DNA from: Candidatus Spongiisociaceae bacterium
Lineage (GTDB): Bacteria; Actinomycetota; Acidimicrobiia; Spongiisociales; Spongiisociaceae
DNA length: 64,000 bases
Direction of reading: 5' to 3'
NCBI GenBank assembly: GCA_965262915.1
Contig: OZ253564.1
Coordinates: 4,384,001 to 4,448,000, forward strand
Positions 20,862 through 32,058 of this stretch are shown one piece after another. How positions within the stretch are numbered: position 1 is the first letter of the stretch; each line of letters opens with the position of its first letter. The notes beneath the pieces were generated by a model that was not told where the DNA came from, searched no databases, and worked only from the letters and a program-made list of their open reading frames with translations. A program made the position numbers and the translations under genes.

Positions 20862-21099
20862 CCGTTCTCCTCCCGACTCGGCGACGGTAGCCGTCTGTGA
20901 CCGGACCGTCTACAGGTTGACAGGATGACCGCCCTTCGAATAGTGGCTTCGGTGCCAAGCACATCGTCGTAGCCCACCTATGATGCTGATCGCCCATCTG
21001 CCCTGGACCAGAGAACCGCCGCCCGGATCGCCCATCGTCGGTAGGACATTAAGGATCTTCCGTAGTCTGGGTTCTCAGCAACCGCCTGGTCTAGGGTTC

Positions 21100-23035
21100 C
21101 TACCCGATGCCGGCCGCTGGACTAAGTGCTTCAACGTCTCGGTCCGAGATTCGCTGGATCAGTCGGTAGACCCTTCCTGCTTTAACTGCGCCATCCACAT
21201 AGTCTTGGTAGGCCTGCAAGGCGTTCTCGATCAGTTCGTCGTACATCACCACTCTCGCGCTGGACGCGCCAAGCACTTCTCGAGAACGCCGCTCACTCGT
21301 AGAAGTATCGCCCCAATCGCTTAGTGGTCTGCCGACGACGCAGACTATCTCTACGGGTTCGTTGCTCCGGCCGGCTGCGGCGAGTATTTTCTCAGCGGCA
21401 GTGTAATATTTTGATACTTGCTCGTTCAGAGCATTGGTAGTGATGCGTCTCTGCGCCCGTTTGAGTTCAATGATGACGTGCTTGTTCCCGGTGGTGCTGT
21501 ACTTGACATCCACCCTTGCCCGCTTCTGTTCTGCGGTCAGCGCATCGCACACCTCGTCGAGAGCGGTTTGCATGCTTCTTTCCATGTGCTCGGTGCGGGT
21601 TGCTCTCTCCCAGGAAGGGTCTAGCAGCCAGAGATGCTTGTACAGGTGCTCCTGCATCGCCCGCTCCTTGGCGTTCTGCTGCAGGACGTCTAGGTTATGC
21701 GTCCGAGGTCGTCCAGTTGGACGAACACCTGCTGATCTGGTCCAGTCTGTGGAGCAGGTTCCTGAGCTTGAGGCTCTCGAAAGCGAGGACACCACTCACG
21801 ACGAGTTGTCTCTTGTTGGGCTCGCCCTCAATCGGCAATTCGTTGATGCGACCGAATAGCCGCCGGGCGGCCACCTTCTGGTCAGGGTCCAGTTCTGTGA
21901 ACCACTCTTGGATCCCCGGGTAAGCAACGGCCTGCTTCGTTCCCTGTGACCTGCGCAGTTCGGTCCATCGACTCTGGACGTACTTCAGCTCATACCGTAG
22001 CTTGGTCTTGAGGGCTTGGTAGCGGGGGTCCTCTTCGATGAGCTTCTGGCGGCTTGTGGTGGCTATGTCCTCTTCGTCATCCATGTCAAGGAAGTCGGCG
22101 TGGATCTCGCCGAGTATGTACTTGGTGTAGAGGCCGCCCTCGCCGAACTCTTCCAGAATGTCCTCTTGGGCCAGCTTGCCCCGGACGAGGACCACTAGCT
22201 TGTTGATACTTTCGGATGTCTCCGTATCCTTGAGTTGCCCCGCCTTGGAGGCCGTTCCGATCCACCCGTCGATAACCCACTCGGGGTGCCCCTCTATCTC
22301 ACCGGAGCGGGTGTCATGGTTCTCGAGGTTGCTGGCCGTGCTAGCAACGCTTTGGCCTAGGTCACCGAGGGTCCAGATGTACTGGACTTTGTCCTGGTAT
22401 TCGCGGTCGGTTGCCGTTATCGGGTGGCCGTCCAGTGTGATCTCGAACCGGTGTTCTGGTCCGATGATGCTGAATCGCCGGGCGAGGCGCCTTCTCAACG
22501 GCTTGCCTGTCCACTGGAGTTGGCGCTTCATGTCCGTAAGGGTGATGCGGGTGCCTTGGTCGAGGTCGACCTCATGCGCAACCGGGTCAGGCTCGTATTG
22601 TCCTTCGGCGCCGTTTCGGAGTTTCGTCTTGATGTCTTCCGCGTTCATGACGAAGCCGTGCTTCTGGCCACGGGCAACGCTCTCGACTTGGACGGTACGG
22701 GTGATCGAGAACAGGGACAGCTTCCCGATTCCCTTGCGTCCCATGACCGCTCGACCGAACCGCGGGGTCAGGGGTTCGGTGTTGCGCCGCTCGTATCCGA
22801 CGTGCAAGTACTTCTGGTTGGCGTCTTCAACCGTCATGCCGTGCCCGTCGTCCTCAATCACCACCCGGCCCTCAGTCGCATTGATGGATATCCGAACATG
22901 CTCAGCGTCGGCATCCCACGAGTTAGCAACCACCTCCGAAAGTACTGCAGCCACGTTCGAGTACAGCCCGAGGCCCAGGTGCCGGAGCACGTTCAAGCTC
23001 ACAGTCATCTGATACTTCGGACGGCCGGTACTCAC
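21100..23035 (-). pseudogene. GHKL-ATPase restriction enzyme (BbrUII/HgiDII-like), frameshifted near 21715
   Basis: LYSN..EVVANSWDADA, DDGHGM, GRKGIGK; C-terminal D..IIELKRA; coupled to dcm. Confidence 0.8.
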
Positions 23036-23491
23036 TCCGTCTCCTCCAGGTGAGCTACGATCGAGCTACCGATCGCCTCGCCTAGTTGGACCGGGACAGC
23101 ATTACCGATGAGGCGAGCCATAGGCTTTATCTTCACAGCGGTACCTTCAGGAACGAACGAGTAGTCGGCCGGGAAGGTCTGGAGTAGGGCACCCTCTCGC
23201 AGGGAGATAGCACGATCCTGTTCGGGATGGCCGAACCGTCCGTTCCCAAAGCCAGGGAACTGTGTGGTGATGGTAGGGGCCGGACGGTCCCACTCCATTC
23301 GCCCATAAACCCCCGGATAGGTACGCCCGCTGGGTCTGGTATGGCAGGCGGCCCGTAGAGACTTGTCCCAGTCCCGCCACGTTCCGCCAGCCTTGGCCTC
23401 GCGGATGCGCCTGAGGTTCTTGCTGGAGAGCCCCCTCGCCTTGTGTAGAGGATCAGACTTGCCGACGCCACCAGCCGGGATCGACTCTAAA
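23032..23491 (-). pseudogene. dcm: C5 cytosine methyltransferase, C-terminal half (inverted)
   Basis: YGRMEWDRPAPTIT, HPEQDRAISLREGALLQTFP, IGNAVP. Confidence 0.9.
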
Positions 23492-25307
23492 CCTGAATCC
23501 ACCGACGGCCTCCCCGGGGGGTGGTCCGGGGTGCGGTTGGTGGGGGGTTGAGGGGTTGGGGCTGGTTGGATTCGGGGGGTTTCGGGGGTGTGGTGGGTGT
23601 GGTTTGGTGGGTTAGGTGGTGTTGGAGGCTGGTTGGGATGGTTTCGGGCGTGTGTGGCTGGGGTTTGGGTGGTTGGTTATGGTTGTGAGGGGTCCGTCGG
23701 GCCGGGTTAGCTGAGTTGGGGCAGCGCCCGGAGGTTAGTGAGGGTGGTTAGGTAGGCGCTGGCCTAGGGCCATCGGGCGGGTAGACGCAGCAGGCGGCGT
23801 CCGCCATGGTTCACGACCCGTCCAGGGAGCCCGAACAGTCGGGTACGGATAGTTCGTCCACAGACCAGCCGCCCAGCCCGATGCGTACCCCCGAGGAGGG
23901 CTATCTGCCGGTAGAGGTTATGAGCTAGGGCGGCGCAGATCAGCCAGGCGGCGTTAGCTGCGAAGACGCCGGAGGGTAGGTGGGCGAGACCCCCGGAGTC
24001 TTTGAGGTCGCGGATGGCGAGTTCGCATGTGGCGTGGCGGCGGTGGTACCGGTCGGCTTCGACCGCGGGCAGCGGGCTGTGCGCCTCCCCAGGGTTGTCA
24101 CCGGTCTCTACCGCCGACAGTTCGGCCACTTCGGTGTCTTGTTCGCCTCGGCGGGGTTGGTGGCCGGTGTCGTCTTGTCCGGCCCCGGGTTGGTGGTGCC
24201 GGTCGGCTTCGACCGCGGCTAGGTCCAGGTTGGTGACCAAGGTGTGGTACCGCCAGTCGGGCCATAGCTGGGCTTGGGAACCGAGCAGGCGGGTGCGGCG
24301 CACCACGAGACGGACCCGGCGCCGCTGCGACCGTTTCTTGGGGTTGGTCATCTCCAGGACGGTTTCCCCCACTTGTGCTTCGCCGCCCCGGGGATAGTCG
24401 ATGGGGGTCCACGCGTCTTTGTCGATATTGCTGATCAGTGTCCTGACCTTGTCGTTCACCTGGGTGGTGATCGACCATCCCACCCCGAGGTGGTCGAGGG
24501 CGGCCAAGAGGGCATAGGACCAGAACCCAGAATCGGCCCGCACGCTCACCGGGCCCCTGGCCCCGGCCCGTCGCACACGCCGGATCGTCTCCCCAACGAA
24601 ATGGACCACACCCCGCTGCGATGCTCCTGCACGCAGACGGGCACCGACCACCTCCCCCGTATCGGCTCGGAACGCCAACAGAGGGTGATAACCCAACTCC
24701 TTGGTGTAGCCGTAAGCGGCCCCTTGTTTGGTCTTGCCCGACACCGCACAGATCGTCGAGTCCAAATCAACGGTCACCGCTCCCTTACCGGGACCGGCGC
24801 CCGCCCGCCACGCACGACCCAGCGTCAAGGTCACCACCTTCTCCAACTGGCGTACATGACCCCAGGTGAACGAACGCAGGAAGGTTCCCACCGTGGAAGG
24901 GGCCATCACCGCATGGGGCAACACCCGATCAGTGGAACCCGCCCGGAGCCGACCCACATGATCAATATGAGAGGCGCCCACCAGCATCGCAGCTACCAAC
25001 GTGCACACCTTACGACCCGGATGCGCGCCACCCACCCGGCCGCCCAACCGCACCGTCCGATCCACCAAACCTTCCAAACCCAAACGGTCCATCAACGTCC
25101 CGGCCGCCAACAACCCAGCGTCGGCCACCAGCCCCTCATCATCGAAAACCGCCTCATACCGGTCGATATTCTGCAATACTCCACTCACAGGAAGTGCCTC
25201 CAGACTCCGAGCCAATCACCATGTTTCGTATGGCTATTGTCCCAGATCAGAGGCACTTTCCGCGTCTATCCACCCCCAACCACAGGATATCTACCGGTGG
25301 ATTCAGG
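23492..25307 (-). mobile_element. IS1380-family element B (transposase 23764-25215, premature stop)
   Basis: Same IRs as copy A; TGG>TAG near the C-terminus. Confidence 0.9.
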
Positions 25308-25344
25308 CTTAGCGGGTGACTGGGACGTGGTTGTTCGTGTTTGT

Positions 25345-25860
25345 TTATGTCCACCCGACGGTGAGTTTGCGTAGTAGGGCAGTGAGGGCTGCTTGTTCGT
25401 CTTTGTTAAGTACGTCGAGTCGTTGTAGGCGGTTGCGGGTGCGTGTCTGCACCATGCGCTCGGCGCTGGCGATGCCGTCAGGGGTGATGGCAAGGTTGGT
25501 TGACCGGCGGTCGGTAGGGTGGGGCACTCGTCTTGCGTACCCGCGTTGTTCGAGGCGGTCTATTCGGCTGACCATCGTTGCAGTGGTCATGCCTAGGTGT
25601 TTGGACACGTCGGTTGCGGTCACTGACTCGCCGTGGTGTCGGGCTGTGCGCAGGTACGCGAGTACTTGGTAGTCGCCTTGGTTGGCTAGTCCCTCGGTGG
25701 CGGCTATTTGGTCCATTGCCTCTCCTAGGAGGCTGGCGAGTTGCTCGATTCGGGCTGCTGGTTCGATCTCCCATACGGAGTTGTCTGACAGCGCCCGTTC
25801 CCATCTGCGGATCTTGCGTGTGATGATGTCTTCGGTGTGCTGTGTGGTTTCGCTGCGCAT
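25345..25860 (-). CDS. MarR-family regulator
   Basis: IDRLEQRGYARRVPHPTDRRS. Confidence 0.88.
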   Translation of the reverse strand: MRSETTQHTEDIITRKIRRWERALSDNSVWEIEPAARIEQLASLLGEAMDQIAATEGLANQGDYQVLAYLRTARHHGESVTATDVSKHLGMTTATMVSRIDRLEQRGYARRVPHPTDRRSTNLAITPDGIASAERMVQTRTRNRLQRLDVLNKDEQAALTALLRKLTVGWT

Positions 25861-25965
25861 TCTCCCTTGCTCCGGTTCGTATCGGGAACGCGGCTGGTTT
25901 CACGGCGATGTTTCCGGCCGTGAAACCAGTGCCGCCCCGGTGTGGACGGGTGTGTTTGGTTGGCT

Positions 25966-26631
25966 TTACGAGGAGGCTGGCTGTGCGTTCTGTAGTTGTG
26001 TCCGCATTCCGTCAAGGTCGGTGGGGACGGTTCCGGTGGTGAACCGCTCCGGCATCCGCGACTCCACGGTCCCGCTGTCGGAGACATCGAACACGCCGTT
26101 GTCGAGGCCCAGCGTTATGTAATAGGTTTGGTCGAGTGCGCTGCTGGTGCCGGGGAACTGCAGTCGGGGTGATGCTTCCTCCAGGCTGCGGCCTTTGAGG
26201 AACAGCAGCACTTTCTGGCCTGATCCGAGTGGGGTGAGACCGTCAGCTATGACCACCTGCTCGGTGTCGATGCGCCAGATGAGGACCGTGTCGCTGTGCT
26301 GGCCCTTGAGCGTCTCGGACACAGCAACCTCGTAGAACACAATGGGTATTGGGGTTATCCCGGCTCGTTCGTAGTCGGTCCTTTCGTTCGGGTCGGCAGT
26401 GCGATAGTCCTTCGCTCGTGCCGCCACTCCGGAAACGGTACCGACTACTACCAGGTCGGATGAGGTTGCCAGTTCGTCCAGCGACTGGTACACGAGGGAG
26501 CTGAACGCCATGTGCCGAACACCGGTGTCGTCGTCGCGCAGCAGTGTTACTGCCGCCGCTGCGGCCACCATGGCTGCGAGGGCCACGACGATGAGCATCC
26601 TTGCTCGGTAGAGCTGTCTGCTTGCTGTCAT
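25966..26631 (-). CDS. Exported hypothetical protein
   Basis: N-terminal TM; SLDELATSSDLVVVGTV motif. Confidence 0.7.
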   Translation of the reverse strand: MTASRQLYRARMLIVVALAAMVAAAAAVTLLRDDDTGVRHMAFSSLVYQSLDELATSSDLVVVGTVSGVAARAKDYRTADPNERTDYERAGITPIPIVFYEVAVSETLKGQHSDTVLIWRIDTEQVVIADGLTPLGSGQKVLLFLKGRSLEEASPRLQFPGTSSALDQTYYITLGLDNGVFDVSDSGTVESRMPERFTTGTVPTDLDGMRTQLQNAQPASS

Positions 26632-26697
26632 CTTTATCGTCCTCCCTTTCGTGGTTGGGTGGGCACGTCGGCTCGTGTTGTCCTACTCACTCGTGCA

Positions 26698-27315
26698 TCA
26701 GGGGTAAACGTCCCTCACGCCCGCCCGGTCGTCAGCCGCCGGGAATGACGTGCAAGCGTTCAGGGCTTCGGGGACGTTCATGACCCGGCACGCCCAGGAG
26801 CGCTCGTCAAGCCCGTAGGCATGCCCGAGTTCATGTACGGCAATGACGACCCGTTGGGCGTCTGTGAGCGACCCGGTGTTGCTGGCATCGAAATCGATCG
26901 TGACCTCGTTGCCGCTGTACTCCCCACTGCTGCAGGCCCAGGACGCTAAGGCGTAGTTGTCGCTGCTGTAGGACCCGTCAATGACGTTGATCTCGGGATC
27001 CGGCGACGCTGACCGCTCGCTGAAGTGCCCGGGTACGTCATACGCCGAATCCCAGTCCGCCTGTCCGTCGCCGAACGCGTCCTCGTGGTCGTCGCTCACG
27101 GAGAAGAAGCGGTAGGAAATGGGGCTGATCGAATCCGGGTCGTACTTGCATCCGTGCAGCTCGTAGGCGGCAGCCGCCTTCGGTAACACCACCATCAAGG
27201 CGAGGGCAGCAAACAGGGCGGCAACCGCGGCCACCTCGATCCTCCAGTACGGCGACCCCGACACGACTCGGCAGGCAGGCGCGCCGGTCTCTTTGTGGCG
27301 GTTGAGATACCTCAT
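26698..27315 (-). CDS. Secreted matrixin-like zinc metallopeptidase
   Basis: HELGHAYGLD and VM Met-turn; signal segment. Confidence 0.75.
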   Translation of the reverse strand: MRYLNRHKETGAPACRVVSGSPYWRIEVAAVAALFAALALMVVLPKAAAAYELHGCKYDPDSISPISYRFFSVSDDHEDAFGDGQADWDSAYDVPGHFSERSASPDPEINVIDGSYSSDNYALASWACSSGEYSGNEVTIDFDASNTGSLTDAQRVVIAVHELGHAYGLDERSWACRVMNVPEALNACTSFPAADDRAGVRDVYP

Positions 27316-27420
27316 CTGCTCCCTCTCCTTCCCAGCCCCGCTGAGGGACTGTCTAGAAGCCTTCCCACACCGGAGGCCCGATATAGTACGGAGTCAGATT
27401 ACTCGAAGCTGAACTATCGT

Positions 27421-28853
27421 GGCTCATCGGATTTCAGTGGGGAGTGACCGATGGGAGTAGGTCCCAGTTGGGTTTCCCCGCGTAGAGAAGGGCGCGGATT
27501 CGGTAGTTCGCGAAGTTGCGGAACCCGAACGCTGCTCGTTTGATCCGTTTGATGAGGTTGTTGAGGGCTTCGGTGGGTCCGTTGGTTACCTTCGAGATGT
27601 GCCAGTTGGTGATCTGGGGGGTCCAGCGGGCGATGGTACGACCCAGCTTGTTGATCTCGGGTGGGCAGGATTCGTGTTGGAGGTCGTCTGCGAGCTGGAG
27701 GGTGTATCGGAGAGCAAGGACCGGACTCTCGATCCCGTAGATGCCTCGTACCGTCTCTTTCGCGTGCCAGGCTGTGCGCACTTCCCCGTAGGGGTCACCA
27801 GCATCGAGGAGACCACGCAGCCGTATTTGACCCCGGTCGCTGATCCTCTCATGCGCAGCGGTTAGGAGCCGCCGTATCCGATACAGCGGGTCATCCTTGC
27901 GGCCTCGATGCCCGAGGGTTTCGTTTTGGACTCTTCGTCGTACCTCGTCGAGACGCTGGTTGGCGAGGCGGATGACGTGGAACGGGTCCGCTACCTGCAG
28001 CGCGTGCGGCAGCACCCTGTCATACGCCTTCCGATACGAACCGGACATGTCCAACACCGCCCAGCGGATAGCCTCACACCATTCGGTGGGTTGTGACCGG
28101 AACCAGGCTGCGGCGCTTTCTGCTGTTCTACCAGGGACTATGTCGATCAGCTGGTGGCCGCCAACGTCGACGACAGAGGTGCACCAGACTTTGGTACGCC
28201 AACGGCCCCGACGCCAGAACAACGTCTCGTCCACTCCCACAGCTTCGACGGTCCCGACCCGATCGGTGTCTGCTTCCAGCAGCGCTTCGCCCCAGCGGCC
28301 AACCTCTTTGTTCACCGTATGCCAATCACAACCAAGTTCTGCGGCGACCTCGTCGACCGAACGGCCCCGCCCACCCACCTGGATGGTCACCCACCGGGCC
28401 GCTCGGGATGTCAACAACGCCCGTTGGGGACCAATCTTGGGGTCTTGTTCGATGAACGATCTGAGCGCACAGTCGGGGTTCGGACATGTCCAGCGCCGTT
28501 TCCGCCACCGCAGCCGCACAGGCCGGCCGAACGCCGGTAAATCCACCAACACAACCGTCCGATAGCCCTTCGACCACACCGACCCGCCACAGGACTCACA
28601 CAACGGCCGGGGCTTGCGGGACCGGATCACCACCTCCAACGGTGCCTCCTCGCCCGGGTCGTTGATCCCTACCAGATCAACCTCACCTAGGCCTACCAAC
28701 TTCTCGCACATGCGCGTAGGATCAGCTTCCACAGGGGTCCTCCTGCCTCGGATGTCATTACCAACACCCGATTATGGAGGACCCCTCCTCACTTCTGGTG
28801 GATTCCAACTCCCCCTGGCAGATCCCCTACTCCCCACTCATTTCCGAAGAGCC
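27421..28853 (-). mobile_element. ISL3-family IS (copy 2, intact)
   Basis: IRs GGCTC..; perfect TSD ACTATCGT at 27413-27420 and 28854-28861. Confidence 0.95.
27434..28732 (-). CDS. ISL3 transposase
   Basis: Zn finger, GVDE, DM, DPFH, TNGPTEALN, GFRN. Confidence 0.95.
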   Translation of the reverse strand: MEADPTRMCEKLVGLGEVDLVGINDPGEEAPLEVVIRSRKPRPLCESCGGSVWSKGYRTVVLVDLPAFGRPVRLRWRKRRWTCPNPDCALRSFIEQDPKIGPQRALLTSRAARWVTIQVGGRGRSVDEVAAELGCDWHTVNKEVGRWGEALLEADTDRVGTVEAVGVDETLFWRRGRWRTKVWCTSVVDVGGHQLIDIVPGRTAESAAAWFRSQPTEWCEAIRWAVLDMSGSYRKAYDRVLPHALQVADPFHVIRLANQRLDEVRRRVQNETLGHRGRKDDPLYRIRRLLTAAHERISDRGQIRLRGLLDAGDPYGEVRTAWHAKETVRGIYGIESPVLALRYTLQLADDLQHESCPPEINKLGRTIARWTPQITNWHISKVTNGPTEALNNLIKRIKRAAFGFRNFANYRIRALLYAGKPNWDLLPSVTPH

Positions 28854-29182
28854 ACTATCGTGCAACTAGTAGTGTGCACGGCGAGCTGGCAGCATAACCC
28901 CATCCCGGCCTTGGGACCGTGCACGCTGCGAACCGCGCACTTGCCAGAGCAAGCACGTGGGGGGAGCAGAGCTACAAGGTATCCCCCGTGTACGTGAGGG
29001 CCCCGCCCATCTTTGGCGACCTGGTTCAGCCCTCATCGCGTCGGTAAGGACTGCTCGCCCTCTACCGGCGCATGCCGCACAACCCGAGGCCTCGCGTACG
29101 TCCGACAATGGGGATTGGCGGCCGGTATGGCGAAACGCCAGTCTACGCCCCGTCTACGACGGCACCGCCGGCGGTGTGTCTG

Positions 29183-29595
29183 TCAGCACAGCCCACAGTC
29201 ATCGCCCCGGGCATGTGACGAAACGGGTCCGGCAGTAGCAGCCACACCACAGCGATGAGGAACAGCGGGCCGAGAGCGACCACCTCCCACGACAGCCCGC
29301 GGAGGAGCACCACCCCTATCGCACCTGGCACGGCGAACGCCGCTGCAGCGCCGCGGGCCAGGGTCCGAAAGTAGGCCTGGATCCCGCTCAGCAGTAGATT
29401 GGCAGACCCGAAAGCCACAACCAAGCGCCACAGCGGCGCAGGGTCCTCGCCGGCTTGGCCCACATAGACCAAGAGGTAGCCCATCCCTGCCTGGAAGGTT
29501 TCCCAGAACGCCAACGTACACAGCGCCCCGAGAACGGTGTACGTCAGCAGTTGCCCGGGCAGGTAGACGGCATCGAAGAAGGCCCTCCACCACAA
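29183..29595 (-). CDS. Hypothetical membrane protein
   Basis: Hydrophobic ORF; boundaries uncertain. Confidence 0.45.
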
Positions 29596-29627
29596 GGGAG
29601 ACGTGGGACGAGGGAGGCTAAAGGGGT

Positions 29628-30137
29628 TCAGCTGGATACAGCCTGTTGCCCTGGAGACTGCTCGGCCGTACCGCCGACGGGCGGGAACATCTCCACGGTT
29701 TCCCCTACGAGATCGTCGCGGACCTGACCCACCGCTATGGCGAACACGCCTTGCCCTCGGCGGAGCACGTTCATCAGGTGGCGCTGCGTCTCGGCAGGGT
29801 GGGAGCCCAGCCAGATGTCGATGCCATCGGACAGCAGCGTGGACTCGTGGAGGGAGCTGCCGTCGGGCATCTCGGCCCTGAGCCAGTCAACCGCCTTGCG
29901 GATCTTGGCGAGGCTGACCCCGGTGGCGCGCAGCCGCTTGACGACACGCAACCGCACGAGGTCCAAGAACGAGTACAAGCGCAGGCTGCCTGAGCCGTCG
30001 GCGGCCTGTAGGGAAGGCACTATCAGCCCCGTCCTGGCCCAATAGTCAAGCTGGCGGTAGGAGATCCCGACGATCTTGCAGACTTGCGGTGCCCGGTACC
30101 CGTCAGTGGGGATGTTCGTCGAACTCAAAAGAACCAC
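29628..30137 (-). CDS. MerR-family regulator (actinobacterial type)
   Basis: GYRAPQVCKIVGISYRQLDYWARTGLI.PS...GSGS.RLYSF. Confidence 0.9.
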   Translation of the reverse strand: MVLLSSTNIPTDGYRAPQVCKIVGISYRQLDYWARTGLIVPSLQAADGSGSLRLYSFLDLVRLRVVKRLRATGVSLAKIRKAVDWLRAEMPDGSSLHESTLLSDGIDIWLGSHPAETQRHLMNVLRRGQGVFAIAVGQVRDDLVGETVEMFPPVGGTAEQSPGQQAVSS

Positions 30138-30347
30138 TCCTTATAGCGTGACCGCCCCACTAAGAAGGGTCACGGGTTGGCAAGGACGGCCTACACGGCC
30201 GTAATTCCACCTGCGTCACGGACCATAACATGGGCTTATCTACACCGGTCTGCCAAGGCGTCCGACGGCGGCCGCAAGCTTCGGCAGCCCTGGGCGGAGC
30301 AGCTCGGACAGATGGTGTCAGCAGCCACCCTGGTCAGTACCCTCGGG

Positions 30348-31260
30348 TCAGGGCTGACCGCCATACCTCATGCTGGACTCCAACGACGCGGGGCAGAGGA
30401 CCGTCGAGTTCCAAGAAGATAAACCAGGTGCTCCAGTCGGCGGCGTTTGGTTCCGGGTCGTCCCCTCAGCTGTACATGGCCACATGGGCGAAGTTCGCGA
30501 AGGCCGTCGACACTTCACTACGCCCGCCGATGCCGCCACCGACGACGACGAACTCGGTCTCCACGTTGTGGTAGTGGGCCAGGAAAGGAACGGCTATCAG
30601 CTCGGCAGCCGAGGGCCGGGCACCGTTACCGGCTCGATGGAGTCTCGCCCCGAAGTCCCAGGTCGCGATTGGCGTCTTGTCGTCGAACATGGTGGGTAGC
30701 TGGTCGGGCTTCCACCAGTGGTGTTGACGATCATCGAAACTACCCAGACCTGATCATCGAAAATCCCCGCCATGAGACCGCATCGGCCAGATCGCCGGCG
30801 CGTAACAGCGCCTCCACGAACCGGTCCAGGGCCGTCTCCCAGTCCCACACAGCTGTCACTTCCTCGTCGGCCCAGGTCTCTGTGATGTAGCGTCCGTGGA
30901 CCCACCCTGTGATCTCCCCCGCAGTGACTTCGTACCACGGGCGGCCGTCCACGGAGGACACCCGCCCGGTCGGGAACACCTTGATTTGGGTGCGGTGCAG
31001 GGTGCCCAGGATTGGGCCGGCCACTCCCGGCCACTCCCGAACGTTCAGGGCACCTCAATCAGAGGGTCTATCAGTACGACACCCCAGCTCCGGGGTTCCG
31101 GAGCGGCGGCACACTGTCGGGTCGGGGGTTGGTTCGGTGGTGGCTCCTGGTCTGGTGGAGTTGGGTGGGGTGAACGCGGGTGGCTCGACGGGCTGCTCCT
31201 CCGGCCGGGGGGCTCTCGGGTCAGCGCAGGCGATGCTCAGAAGCACACACCAGAACCACG
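30348..31260 (-). pseudogene. Degraded SH3b-domain lipoprotein-like gene
   Basis: WYEVTAGEITGWVHGRY; several frame breaks. Confidence 0.45.
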
Positions 31261-31536
31261 AGACATCGACGGCGGTGGACAGAGACGGCTTCCACGAGCG
31301 CCAGTTTGCCACACCCCGGTCTCTGACCGTGCAATCCACAACGGTCGGGCTGTCTAGGTCATGCCAGCAGGCTCCCGGCCCTTACATCGGCTTCGAGGCG
31401 TTTGGGTTAGGTTGGTTAACGATCTCGAGGGCGGTGTCGGCTTGTGTCGGTCCGTTTCCGGCGGAAACGTTGCCTGGGTTCTGGCCGGTGTTAGATTCCC
31501 TTTAGTAGTGAATTCCGTCGTCTAGGGAGGTTCGGG

Positions 31537-32058
31537 GTGCCATACCAGTCGTTGCACGCCGGAGCGAGGGGCGGCGTGTGGGATCGGCGTCTGCCTGAGC
31601 TGCCGATGAAGCCCGCCGAGCCGGGCGAGCCCGATCTGGAGTGGGTCCCACAGCCTCCTATGACCGCGGCGGTGCTGCCCCCGATGATGGTGGTTCCCGA
31701 CCCGCGCGGCCCGTACCGGTATCCTTTGTTGCAGTTCATATTCGACTGGAACCGTTACCCCGACCGCGCCGGGCGGATAGCCGAGGCTCCTTGCTATGAC
31801 GGTGACGATCCGGTCCTGTTGCCTGCGATCGCGGTGGTGGTACACGCTTTGGCTGAACGTGACGGCGTACCGGTACCGGAGTGGGTGTTCGACCATCGCG
31901 CTCCCGATGTGATAGTCCTGTTCTTACGAAACCCTGACAGTGACTACGGCCTTTGGCTTCGCCGCCGCTCTGTGCCACAGTCGGCCTACCACCGGGTACA
32001 CATCCATCCTCAGATGCTCGACAAAGGCACCCCCGACTCGTGGCTGCCCTGGGACTGA
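31537..32058 (+). CDS. Putative antitoxin partner of the DUF6036 NTase
   Basis: AIAVVVHALAERDGVPVPEWV..S.YHRV pattern; directly upstream of the NTase. Confidence 0.55.
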   Translation: MPYQSLHAGARGGVWDRRLPELPMKPAEPGEPDLEWVPQPPMTAAVLPPMMVVPDPRGPYRYPLLQFIFDWNRYPDRAGRIAEAPCYDGDDPVLLPAIAVVVHALAERDGVPVPEWVFDHRAPDVIVLFLRNPDSDYGLWLRRRSVPQSAYHRVHIHPQMLDKGTPDSWLPWD

